DNA of 52,926 nt, filler included, from Dimargaris cristalligena (taxonomy: Eukaryota), in NCBI GenBank assembly GCA_003614675.1. It is 3 parts of 3 records of this genome, joined end to end, with 100 filler letters (N's around TTAATTAATTAA, not from the genome) between each part and the next. Parts side by side here need not be neighbours in the genome. Positions count along the whole stretch, not along the records: positions 1 to 17,621 come from ML002796.1; positions 17,722 to 35,335 come from ML002797.1; 1 more part is not named here. One strand, 5' to 3'. The translations under genes were made by a program, and so were the position numbers. Of this stretch, positions 12,301 through 23,849 are shown one piece after another. Each line of letters starts with the position of its first letter. The stretch's first letter is position 1. Below the pieces are notes generated by a model. The model was given only the letters and a program-made list of their open reading frames with translations. It did not search any database and had not been told where the DNA came from.

Positions 12301-15300
12301 AAGTGTTCCACCCGAGAGACCTTTTCAGTATAGGCCTGCATGTTGGTTGGGCAACTAACGAAGCGCACACAGGTGGATTTGAAGATGTTCCAGCATATTC
12401 TATGGTTTATACCTCAACATTTATTTATCCGACCAATTCAGTCGGGTTGCATAACCCCTCCCACACCCAGTCAGCAGTAGCAGTGGTGGCGAGTGTCTTA
12501 TTTTGGGCTGTGGGGTTCGTCCGTGCCAAATGGCCGCAACATAAGCCCCCAAGGGCATTCATTGTTTCCATCTCTCTCTCTCACCTAGCCCCTCTTTGGT
12601 CTAATCCCTCCCCGTCTGCATATTCGGGTTTCATATAACAGCTCACGCCTAATATTTTGTTTCACTGCCTCCCCTCCATTGCCGTCGTATTCTTCTTCTT
12701 CTTCTTCTTATTATTATTCTGCTGATTGGGAATCGGTTCTGTATTGAGCGACATCAAGTCAGCCCAATCTACATAATCCTAAATCTCGTCGGCCCTTTTG
12801 TTTAACACCCCCCAATTGAAACATGTCGACCAGGCAGCCCTATAGGGCAGATCAATTCTTGTCCCCCTCCCTCCCTTCAACTCTCACTTGTTACTATGCC
12901 CCCTAAACAGATATGTTGCTGTAGTTCCTTATAGCCAGGTGATGATGTTAAAAAAATATTTTTGTAAGGGCTTCTTGATAATGAATGGTCCAGCCCGGCT
13001 AATCTATGTTCCAGAGGCTAAGGCCCCAGTTACAGTGCAGATGTCACCACCCTACTCTTTCTCTTGCCCACCTATTCTCCCTTATTATTTATACACACGC
13101 ATTGGTGGATTCCTCTCTCTCTCTCTCTCCATCTCCCTGCTACATAAGTAGGTAAGGTATACGTACGCACGTCAAAATAGGGCGTATTAGTGTATCCTGG
13201 CGGGGAAGGAAAGGGAGGGATAAGCTAACTGCAGTAGAATCACCGGAGGCGGGACCACCACCACCACCTGCCCCCTACTTCTCCATATTCGCCCCTTTTC
13301 CCCTCACCTTTCTACCAGTCTCCTGGTTTCCTTCTCCTTCACTCACATTTTTTGAATCGTAGGCCTCTTCTTCTTTTTTTCATTTTTTACCTTGCCGCCC
13401 CCTCCCCGTCCCTTCTTTCCTTATTGTAGGTTCCAGTTGCATTCGTTTATTATGATTTCGTTCGCAGTATGCCGTATCGACACACTAATTCACTCATTAA
13501 GTTTCACTGCAGACCCATTCACGCATGCGTTGGATTCAGGGGCAGACGATGGCAGTGGTGGTGGTGGAGGGGCGCGTAAAACAAGGAAACCAATAAAAAA
13601 AGTAGGAGAGAATAGGAAAAAGAAAACGAGAAAGGAGGAGGGAATGGTGGGCTGGTGGTGACGGTGAGTAACGACCGGGAGACAAAGTCCACCAGTCGGA
13701 CGAGCCGGCGGGCCAGTATGAAATACCAGGGCGGAGGTTGATAATGCGGAGTTTCTGTGGGAGTTTTAATGTGCAAAGTATGACTGTGCTTAGGCATGAG
13801 CCAAAGTGGACCGCCTAGATAACGATGGAGAGGTGGCAATGGCGACGATGGGGCTGCCGCTAGCGTCGATAATGTGACCAACAAAAAACACCGATATAGT
13901 AACGCACCTGGTTTGATAGCCGCCGCCGCCCCCCTTCCATCGCGATGACAACCGGCAAAGGAGCACCAACCCGAATTCAACATTGTCTAATAATAGCCGT
14001 AGGAATGGGAGATGTCGTAATACCAACGAACCTGACATTGAAAGGCCGCGAGGTGCGCCCTATATCTAAGCCCTGTGCTATTCACATATACATGATGGTA
14101 TTGTCCGGAGGTTGACTAGAAAAAGGCTGGATGGTTTTTGAGAAGGAGTAGAGAAGGGGTGGTGGCATATTTGGTTCTTGATCAGCTTGGAAAATGTTGG
14201 CCTGGGGCATGGTCACATCATTGGTAATTTAGCTGGAACTACGCCGAGCCACATAGGCTGCATGGAGTATACTTACTTCACTGCTTCCTCAAAAAACCGC
14301 CGCGGAACCACCATGCATGTTGAACGGGGAGAGAGGGAGAGAGAGAGAGAGGAGTAATACAATTTGGGAACAATAGAGGAAATAAATGAAGTGAGCGGGA
14401 GCCAGAAAGATGCAGCTGAAGAGTGAGAGCAGAGTGGCAGTGGTAGTGGGGAGGGAATATTAAGTGAGGGAGAGAGAGAATACGGGAGGCCGCAGAGACG
14501 GAGTGGAATATGCAGATGCAGGAAGAGAGAGAGAGTGGAATAAGGCCATGGGTGTTTTTTCGATTGCATACCATCGTCTGTGGAGAATGCCCTTCGGAAG
14601 GGGTTGGCGGTGCCTCGTATTTAATCGAGCGACCGGCCAGCCTGGACATGCTCGGGTGGATTATATACTAGGGCCATCGCCACGGTATGTCGCTGATTGC
14701 ACTTGCACCGTTACGCACATGTATATCATTTCATCGTTGTCATCTTAGTCAACCTTATATAGCCCGTCCTTTCAGTTTCCACCACCATCGCCGCTCCGTA
14801 GTATCTCTATCTCTCTTCGTCACCCACTAGCACGGCTGTTAGTTACATTTTATACTAAGCCACGCCTCCTATCTCGGAATACTAGTCAGCCGGTCCACCC
14901 CCGTGGCCCAATACCCCTTTTTTTGTTTGGACTCTCCTCCACCGAAGAACTGGACTGTCCAAGGGCTACGGATTTTTCACTGTTTATATTGAAGGGTATA
15001 TCCGGATATTCCTTTCAGATAATATATCTTTTGGTTTTACCGCCATCAATCGAAACGCCCCTCGCCGATTTTGAACTCTCGTCATCCCAACCCTCCCTCC
15101 ACTGGCATCCTTCACGCCGTTTATTACATATATATATTCCGCCAACAGCCGCTTTATTTTAGACCTCACACCGTCTTGGCACTTTGGTCAATTTCCCATG
15201 GCCTGGCCTGGAATGCATCTAATTCTTGACGGTGCAGCTAGAAGTCCCCCATTATAATCGTGGTATCCCTCCTCCGCCGCCCCTATTAGTATCCACACCG

Positions 15301-15389
15301 CAATTTTTTTTAGTTCGCTTCATTTTCATATATCTATCTCTATTTTATTGATTTTTGAGTTTGCCCTCTCTAGCCCTTCTATTGCAAAA

Positions 15390-16586
15390 ATGTCGGCCGA
15401 TCTACAAGAGTGGTACTTCGTGTACGAAATCACCACCATTACCATCAGCATCGTTTCGGTAATCTGTGGTATCGGGGTGATGGCCATTGCCATTGGTCTT
15501 TTCCGGATACGGCCGGAACTCCGCCAAGTCCCGTCCATCAACCTCAGTCTCTACATTGGGTTGGCCGACGCGCTGTACCGCCTGAGCGCGCTCTTCGCTT
15601 GCTGGTCCGATTTCATGCAACTGACCCAGGACAGCGAGGGCTGGCTACGCACCTGTTTCTGGATTGTGAATTTCTCGCCGCTGTGGTTTATATTTTTAAC
15701 CATGATGATATCCACCGATTTGCAACTAACGTTTTTACACCCGTCGATTGACCGCGAACCCATTCAACAACATTATTTGTGGGTGGCGACCTTATTGCCC
15801 CTGATCATTTCGCTGCCAGCCTTATGCGTGCCCCATATTCGGTGGGTGCCCGGTCCCTCCCGCTTTAGCTACAGTTTCGGAACGGCGGTGAAGAACGACA
15901 TGTTTGTGTTATTTTGTTACGATTTTTGGATTGCGTTGGGCATTGCCCATTGTGTCGTTATTGTGACTCTGGTGCTGATCAAACTGATCCGGGGCATCAA
16001 GTACATTGAAGCGGTGCATCTGTCCGCGCCGGCCCATTCCCGCCCGGACCCGGTATCCACCGTGGGTTACGATTCCTCGTTCATGTTGGAATCCTCGGCT
16101 AATGCCCCCACCAGCCGACATACCACCAACCACGGTCATTTGAACACACCCGCGCACCTGGTCCGTAAACTCCGGCAATCGGTGTTCCGGATCATGTTGT
16201 ACCCGCTCGTCCCCCTGATTACCCAAACCCTCCAAATCGTTTCGCTGCGTTTACCCATTGAGGAATCCCGCCCCTTACATTTGACGGCTACGATCCTGTG
16301 CAGCAGCCAGGGGATTCTCAATTTCCTGGTGTTTTCGGTCCATCCAGTAGTCGTGGAGGTCTCTAAACAGTGGTGGGCGGAACGGCAGGCCAAGAAAATC
16401 ATCGCAACCCGTAGTCATCAGTCCTCGTCAACCATGACGGCCATATCACAGACCGTGGGGGGGAGTAGTCATGGTGGTGGTGGCCATGGTGCGGTGGGGG
16501 CGGATGGTGGTGGTGGTGCGTCTGACTATCCTATGGATCGGACTAAAACGGCCGCAGTTTCCAATATCACCATGTCGACGTTTTAA
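15390..16586 (+). CDS. Seven-transmembrane GPCR, Git3/cAMP-receptor-like class (398 aa, intronless)
   Basis: Seven hydrophobic segments. LADALY in TM2, RIMLYPLVPLIT in TM6 and SSQGILNFLVF in TM7 are typical of fungal Git3/Dictyostelium CAR-like receptors. AAAATG start at 15390. Confidence 0.8.
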   Translation: MSADLQEWYFVYEITTITISIVSVICGIGVMAIAIGLFRIRPELRQVPSINLSLYIGLADALYRLSALFACWSDFMQLTQDSEGWLRTCFWIVNFSPLWFIFLTMMISTDLQLTFLHPSIDREPIQQHYLWVATLLPLIISLPALCVPHIRWVPGPSRFSYSFGTAVKNDMFVLFCYDFWIALGIAHCVVIVTLVLIKLIRGIKYIEAVHLSAPAHSRPDPVSTVGYDSSFMLESSANAPTSRHTTNHGHLNTPAHLVRKLRQSVFRIMLYPLVPLITQTLQIVSLRLPIEESRPLHLTATILCSSQGILNFLVFSVHPVVVEVSKQWWAERQAKKIIATRSHQSSSTMTAISQTVGGSSHGGGGHGAVGADGGGGASDYPMDRTKTAAVSNITMSTF

Positions 16587-17497
16587 TAGCCCAGACGAGG
16601 GTCGTTTATTTTACACATTCCCTCTCTCATACCCCTATGCTACGTTGTTTGTTTGCGTATTATTCCCGTGGTTTTTGGAAGTATTCCTTAAAGTCCCCAA
16701 TTCGTTTTTAGCAATATCTAGATCAGTCTGTATCCCCTACCCTTCTCTACATTATTTGACATTTTATCTTTCGAATAGCATCTGTTAAATCACCCTGTAT
16801 CATTTCTACCCACTGCGTACTTTAGAGACTCGCCCTCCCGCTTATTGAATCCTGGTTTAACCTCCGCTCCCTCCCCAGCCTAACCTGATTGTTATTTATT
16901 TACACTATTTGCACCTTGAATACTTATCTTGTTCTTAAACCTGCATTCCTGCCACTTGAAATTTTTATTGTACTTTGGCATTCAAACTAATATATAAAAT
17001 CCCCTCAATCCTACTTGGGTAATTAGGGTCACAAAGAGTTGGCTGGACTTCAGCCGGATTACAAGGCGTTCTAGCCCATTGTCCGTCTCAATCGAATGCC
17101 AGTATAGGTGGAAGGATCGACGGGCCTTAACAATCTAAGATGGGCAGCATCAATGTTGACAGGAGGGGGGCTCATTATGGTCATACCTCCTTATCTCTCC
17201 AAATAGCTGCGGTAGTGGACCTCTTTTCAATGTCCGACCACACCATGGCAGTGATTGGCCCAGTCTCTCCCTATTCGGTTCTCACTTCACACAGTCACAA
17301 GGTGTCTTTTGAATCCGCCCCCTCCCTATTACTAGCCCTCTTGACATCTCATGGCGACTCCCTGACGCTCCACATTTGATCATATATATCTTTTTTTTTT
17401 CAGCATCGCCTGAGACTCATTACAATCCCTTCCTTTTACAATTCCCCTGCCCTTGCCCTTACCCCTATACTTGCTTGTCCGTCCCTCCATTTCCACC

Positions 17498-17621
17498 ATG
17501 CTCCGGGGCCTACTCATCGACCTAAGCGGCACCCTCCACATTGACGAGCAGGCCACCCCGGGAGCTATTGCCGCCCTCGGCCGACTCCGAGGCACGGGGC
17601 TCCGCCTTCTCTTCTGTACCA
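17498..17621 (+). CDS. HDHD2: HAD-IIA hydrolase, HDHD2/LHPP-like; 5' fragment truncated by the spacer
   Basis: MLRGLLIDLSGTLHIDEQATPGAIAALGRLRGTGLRLLFCT closely follows the HDHD2 N-terminus (DLSGTLHI motif I). Confidence 0.8.
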
Positions 17622-17721
17622 NNNNNNNNNNNNNNNNNNNNNNNNNNNNNNNNNNNNNNNNNNNNTTAATTAATTAANNNNNNNNNNNNNNNNNNNNNNN
17701 NNNNNNNNNNNNNNNNNNNNN
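17622..17721. other. Artificial assembly or concatenation spacer (N44-TTAATTAATTAA-N44)
   Basis: Exactly 100 nt, with a palindromic linker giving stops in all six frames; identical to 35336-35435. Confidence 0.97.
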
Positions 17722-17790
17722 GCCCCGCCTACTGTTAGAAGCCTACCCCCGAGACTCTTGACGGACTAAGAGTGGTTAACTCGGGCGACA
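17722..17790 (+). mobile_element. 3' end of an LTR-like repeat, truncated by the spacer; same family as 52320-52388
   Basis: About 69-nt alignment with 52320-52388 (tagaagcctacccc..gactcttgac.gactaagagt); similarity stops exactly at ...GG(C/T)GACA. Confidence 0.65.
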
Positions 17791-17973
17791 CAGATAAGCC
17801 CTAGTTTGAACAATAATTGTTAATCCAGTAAGGCTGACCAGTCATCTTTATATTATACCCGCCAGGCACAGCCTGTAGCAATGTATTGTATAGTGACATT
17901 GTAGTATTTTTTCCTGCCGTCCCCCTTAGTAACAGGTAGTCCCTTCCTTTTTTACATGTTTCCATTTATCGCA

Positions 17974-18560
17974 GCTTATCGACTATTTGGTCATATTGAA
18001 ATCTGCAATGTCTAGCTCAAGGATGCCGTCCGTCTCTGGTAGGCCAAGCTACCTCGCCTTTTATGAATCTATAATTCAATCATTTGGTAAACTGGCAAGA
18101 AATGCCCACCACCTCTCCTATTTTAAAAAGCTACCCCGTTGTTGTCGGGGTTCGAAAGTCCGGATTCGTAGCCGTCGACATCCATTGCAAAGTATACCTA
18201 CATACATTGACGCTCTGCGCAACCCGGTATAACAGATTTTACAGCAAGTTCGATGGGCTCGGTTATTTAATTTGGCCGGCTGCCGACTATTGGCTTTGAG
18301 GGGATGGTCGAATAAAACGCTGCTGTGCCAACTGTATTGCTACTTGGTACATGGATTTAGGAAATCTATAGTTGCAATGGGTCTGGGTGTAGTGATTTCT
18401 CAGGCTAGGACCAAGCCCGAGCAGCCCATGTTCTCTCCACCCATCGCTTATCATCGCCGAGTTCAAGCCATAGTTTAGTTTGCGATTATGGGTTATCTGT
18501 CAGTCATTATCACGGTTATTGCATTTATGAGATAGTTATTATTCGTAGCTCTGGGTCACT
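17974..18560 (+). pseudogene. Possible decayed paralog of the secreted protein at 20370-21992
   Basis: CpG-containing, coding-like sequence with stops. The frame WQEMPTTSPILKSYPVVVGV...IATWYMDLGNL loosely echoes LWLNFPILTLA...QITWYLY of the neighbouring gene. Similarity is weak and judged by eye. Confidence 0.25.
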
Positions 18561-19190
18561 ATACTCCATTTTTATCATAATTTTTTACCCCTAGTTTGTA
18601 ATTTGGATACTTTCCTGTCCCTTACTCTACCAGCCGCATTGCTTCCGGTTTTCAATAGTCTCCTGTATTTATAACCACTTACGTCCCCACGGCCAAAGGT
18701 TCTCCATATGTTCTTTTCCGCCAGATTCCCCAACCTTTGGTATTTTTGAAGAGACAGGTATCTTGCCATAGCATTTCCTGTTGGTATGGGAGAGGTTTGG
18801 CTTTACGGTATAACGAAAACCCTGTTTGGGGTGGCGATTTATTTTTACTGGTTACAAGCCATGAATCACGCCAATGTCGCATTTGACCCTTTACCCCAGG
18901 TCATATATAACCGCGTTGGACTTCACCCTTGTAAACCAAGCTCATAACACAACCAGGCTTTAGTAACTCCATCTCAAGTTGCGCAAAAGTATTATGCTGG
19001 CTCCAAGTGCTGTCTTTTCATTGGGTCTATGGCATTTGTCTCATTTAACAGTTCCCGTGGGTAATATAGTATTTATACAAGGTTCCCGTTGTGGTATACT
19101 AATGCGTATATCCTGGACTGTGGGAGGCGAAGTGTCCGTAAAAAGGGCACACATTGTCAAACTAACCGGACCATACCGCTTAGTTAATAT

Positions 19191-19326
19191 GGGTGAAATT
19201 CAAACCAGCTGTATAGGGTTTTACATAATACATATATGGGTGAATATGTGGGAGAATAGCTTCTAACCAGCAATATTGGCCTCAGCCAATGGATTTTTCA
19301 TTATACAGCCTAAATGAACTTCTCCT
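19191..19326 (-). mobile_element. 136-bp MITE, copy 1 (inverted relative to copies 2 and 3)
   Basis: Reverse complement aligns end to end with 45074-45209 and 47530-47665; imperfect TIR; ATAT on both flanks. Confidence 0.85.
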
Positions 19327-20369
19327 ATATCAATTATAATCTGCTCTCAGGTAAGGGATATGGGTGAGATTGGGTCAAACATGTAATTAGAACCGCCATA
19401 TATTCTGTACCACGTATTGGCCGGTTTCTATTTTTTTAAAACACCCACCTTCTATTTTCTCTAAAATCCATTTATTATTTAAATGAAATACCCGGAGGTA
19501 GTGGCAGGCAGGTCCACTGTGTCACATGAGGGGTCTGGTTGGGGGCACTATTAAAACCAAGAGAGAGTATATGTAATATTTCTGTAACCCTTAACCTCAG
19601 CCACCCTTTATAATGGAAGTTAGAGAAGCTCCCCAAGGACGGGTGCCTGTGCTTTCCCTTTGATTGTCTTTTCTCGTGTAGGCACTCTCCCTTGTGTTCT
19701 ATAGACAATAACCAGCCTGGTTCACAGAAGACCCTTTGTTACACACCTGGAAAATAAGAAGACCACCAAGAAATGGAAAGAACAGGGTTTATTTTACCTG
19801 TAGACCCGCCTATTACTTGACAATGACTTACTGTGGCCCCCGTTCAACCCACTAGGTGTAAAGAGGGGCTCCCTCGCTCACTATAGAGGGATTGTCTTAT
19901 CTAATATATTCAGTGGCTGGTGAATAATCGTTCACTTCACTGGAACTATATATATGAAATTCTAAATTGGGGACCACTGGCCTACGGTGGGGTTTGGAAG
20001 GACTGTCTATCCATGCTGAGCAACCACCCCTAACTAGCCTAATGCTACAGGGAAAGTCCGTTTTCCAAAAATAATGGTCAGCCAAGGGATTTTTCACGAT
20101 TCCCGCTTTAAACTGTCAGCACTCGCCTTTGCATTACCAAGCTGAGATAGGCTGGTTTAAAACTTGATATTCCCGATAAGAGATCGAATAACGGGTCAAG
20201 GGAGTGCTATCAACGACGCTATAAATATACAGACGTCCCCCCACTCTTGAAATAGCAAGTTTCGCCTCTGCCGGTTCTTTACCTACTTGACTATACTCGC
20301 CTTCTTTAGCCACCGATTGTCCTTTTCTTCCCAACCACTTTCCCGTACCCTACTTTTAATCAAGGAACC

Positions 20370-21992
20370 ATGAAGCTATCTTTGTCTCTTTTTACCCTGG
20401 CCACCACTTTTGTGGGTACTCATCTGGGTATGGTAGCCCACGCCATTTTTCCCAGTGAAATACTGCCTACTGAGCTACAGAGGATGGTCGCATTTTCACT
20501 CGACAAAGATTCCTTTCACGAATATATACAGGCAGATACGGCAGCCTGGAAGGCGACAAGCGGAAAATACGCCGCCCATGTAAGTATTTAGCTCCATTTC
20601 GTAATCAATGCGGGCAATGCGGGTTTTAGTTACCCCGCGGTTGCTCCTGATCCGTGGTCTTCTGTTTGGCCACCATTAACGACTCCATCTAATCACACTA
20701 TTTCCAAAAATGCAGATTAGCTTGTGCTGGCGCCATTGGGTAACCCCCCCCCCCCACTTGATCCGAGCTGCTGATACCAAGTCCCTTTTAGCTTATTTCA
20801 CAGTAGCTAACAACTATACTCATTTATACCTGGTCCATGCTACTATTCTTCCACTAAACTAAACGAATCCAGGTTTTAGAGGTGAGTGACCAACTTTCCA
20901 AAAAAATAAATGAAATATTCGAAAGATCAAAAAAACGACTTTGATAACCTGGGCACGCAGCTCAATTATGCTACCAACGATGAATCCAACGAAATTTCGT
21001 CCTACTGGGGCCATCTTTTCAAACAGGAAACCATGACCAACTTCAAGGTCACATTCAACACCATGTATGCGGGGGAGTTGCAGGGTTCCAAGATGATTGA
21101 AGGATTATCCACTTCGTTCCTAGTAAACTCTGACTCATATGGCTACCTTTTTGTCAAGGAACTCACCGACCGTAGTCTGTGGCTCAATTTTCCGATTCTG
21201 ACTCTGGCCAGCAAGTTGCCTGCTGGGGAAGTATCCAAACTTCTGCATAAGCTCCTCCGCTCCTCCCTACATATTCAAATGGCCCAAATCATTGCGGTTA
21301 ATGTTGATAATGCCTACCGAAACTTTGCCATTCCTGTCATGTTGGACAGTTTTCCCCAAATATTCGATACCCTTTTTCTCCAAATAACCTGGTATCTCTA
21401 CACTCGCTCCCCCTTCGAGAAAGTGAAGGCGTATTTTCAAAAGGACTTACTTCCCGGTAGCACCGACGTATTTAGCGATATTGCTGACCAGGTCATTTAT
21501 CAAGCTCGTTTGGGCCTGGTCTTGGCTGCCTCCAAGTACGAGAGCAACATTCCCCTCAACAAAAAGCTGGAGGTCGAGCAGGAGATCAAATATTTCCTGG
21601 GGCTGGCCGGTTGGGATAAACTGGCCAAGAAGTACGGCGTCACTCTTGACCAGCACCGCAACCACTTCCTCGGATGCCTGGCCAATCGCCAAATGCTAAA
21701 GGCCCATAATTATCTCTCTCGTGAGTGGCCCGAATCGGGTACTCTAAGCTCTAGCCCCGCCAACCAGGTTGCCTCCGAAGAAGGCCATTTCGTGGTCGGT
21801 GGCAAACAGGTGGCATGCGCCGAGATCATGTGGGACTTGGAAAAGGTGGACTATTCCGATGAGAACGACGCCTCATTTGCTGTAGTGGGGAATTCGCTGT
21901 CAGATGATGGAACCGACTACAACTTCATTCTGGAATCTAACGAAGATTCCTCCCAGAGTTCGGGGTCCGGCGATGATACGCGCAGTGTTTAA
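20370..21992 (+). CDS. Secreted protein with N-terminal signal peptide followed by an F-box-like motif; exon 1 20370-20579, downstream junction ambiguous
   Basis: MKLSLSLFTLATTFVGTHLGMVAHA signal-like peptide, then ILPTELQRMVAFSLDKDSF. GTAAGT donor at 20580. 360-codon helical-looking ORF at 20910-21992 with an acidic tail. TATAAATA at 20220. Confidence 0.7.
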
Positions 21993-22193
21993 ATTCAACG
22001 GAATTGGGATAAAATGTGTCTAATTCAGTTTTCCTGATAGCTAATGCCTGTGAACCAATTCATACCTTCCGCGTTTGCTCAGAATATTTTATTTTTTAAC
22101 ACCATCTTTCATTATCATGGTTTTAAATAAGGCTTGCTTTCAGACTGGCCAGTCGAGTATTATGCTGCGATCTTAGTTGATCCGCTTTGAGTA

Positions 22194-22560
22194 TCAACAT
22201 GTTGACCTGGGCATTTTACCATATAAATTTAACAAATTTAGTAGGATAGATAATTGATGAGCAAGCTCAGTCTGATAATTGCTCAATGACTCGACATCCA
22301 TTCTAATCGCATTTTGAGTTAATGCTAGGCTGTGTTGATGACACGCGCTAACCATAGAGCCAATTAAAATATCTTTAAAACTTTGGTATTTAGGCTGCGC
22401 CAGAAATCCACAGTTATTTTCGAACACTTGAATGGGGGTATTGTTTGTGGTCGAGCTCGTAAGCTGTAAGTCTGACCTCAGGCACAGGAAGTGGTACATA
22501 TTGCATTTGGCTCCTGTGTCTACAATTTAAATACTACATCTGTATAGTCCATAAATATAA
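22194..22560 (-). mobile_element. Possible Ty1/copia RNase H relic
   Basis: Minus-strand TPIQVFENNCGFLAQPKYQSFKDI resembles the copia PxxIYEDNxxxxxLAxNPxxHxRTKHI block, heavily degraded. Confidence 0.3.
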
Positions 22561-23545
22561 GTTAGGAATGCTAATAATTGATAGCACAGTAGGTTTTCAG
22601 GCCTTTCCATTACTCTCTCCCCCCCAGGAACATTTCCTATGGCCTCCTATGTTATGCATATTATCCATTAAGTGCCCATTAAAACACTGGCTATTCCGTA
22701 GAATCAGCTGAAGGCATGGTGTGAATGATTAAAAACACCATAACTAGAGGTAGGGTAATCTCCTTACCCATGTCAAACGGGCTATTTTGACCTAATTGAA
22801 TTGAGGCCTTTTGGTGTAACTCACCCCTACTTGACCTTATTGTACCATGGTAATCTCTCCCTGCCTCCAGCTGGCACCATTGGGCTCCATCTTTTACATT
22901 CAGATGTTGATCCAAGGACTTTTCCCATCCCCATCTGAATTTTCTGGATCCCAACTTCCACCAACTGATGCTGCTATTTACTATTACTGGATGCCCCTCA
23001 GGCATTCTCCCTATTAGAAAGGCGACTACTACCTCTTTGATATTTTACTCCGAAAAATCTCCCACTATATACACTATTTTATTGCAACTAGCTTTATAGT
23101 TAATAGTCACCCTATTAAATTTATAATAAGGTGTATTTTCTACAACTCTTGCAGCTTTCTTTATTTTTATTCTAATAATAATTTCATAACTGTTAAGGTA
23201 AGTGCAGTGATTGGTGACTTATTACACTGCTTTCCAGGTAATAGCCCTTTTAGTTATAAGGTCTAATGTGGGCTGGATCTTATTAATAGTTACCACTATG
23301 AGAATTGATAGGTATGATAATGTATGAAATTTGACCTGGCTTAACCAATGGCCAGACTGCCAAAGTGGGATGCAAGGCTGATCTACTAATTGTAATATCC
23401 CAATAGCTAATTGCCACACTTGTTGAGTCATCTTAGAGGCCTGATATGATGGCAAGGAACACTATGACTATCTTATTAGAACCAGGTACTATATATAATT
23501 CAAATATTGTATATGGTATTATGCTAGTATAGGATATAAAGATAC

Positions 23546-23805
23546 TGTTGGAAATTCATTTCTCCCGCCCCTCCGAATCCTTTACTCTGATTGGTCCGTC
23601 CTAATACCCGGGACTATTCTTTATCTATGATCATATCATCCTATACTCGGAACAATGGTTTTATCATTATTACTGCTATTTCCAATACAATAAAACCAAC
23701 CACGGGCATCTAGTTATGCCCCTTGCAGTTCTTTCTCTCTTCTTTGAATCTTTTCAGTTGTATCTGAAGGCACTTGCGTTTACCATTTAATCTATATTTC
23801 CAATA
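23546..23805 (+). mobile_element. 260-bp solo LTR (copia-like termini) with 5-bp target-site duplication GATAC
   Basis: Starts TGTTGGAAAT, ends ATTTCCAATA. GATAC at 23541-23545 and 23806-23810. Internal AATAAA. Aligns full length with the reverse complement of 35920-36179. Confidence 0.9.
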
Positions 23806-23849
23806 GATACATTGGGGCATATAAGACTTGCCTTAAGGTAAGCTGCCTT

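Noticed and set aside
17666-17677. Palindrome TTAATTAATTAA, repeated at 35380-35391
   Set aside because: Centred in N-runs of identical length; an artificial linker, not biology. It also means cross-spacer gene neighbourhoods cannot be interpreted.
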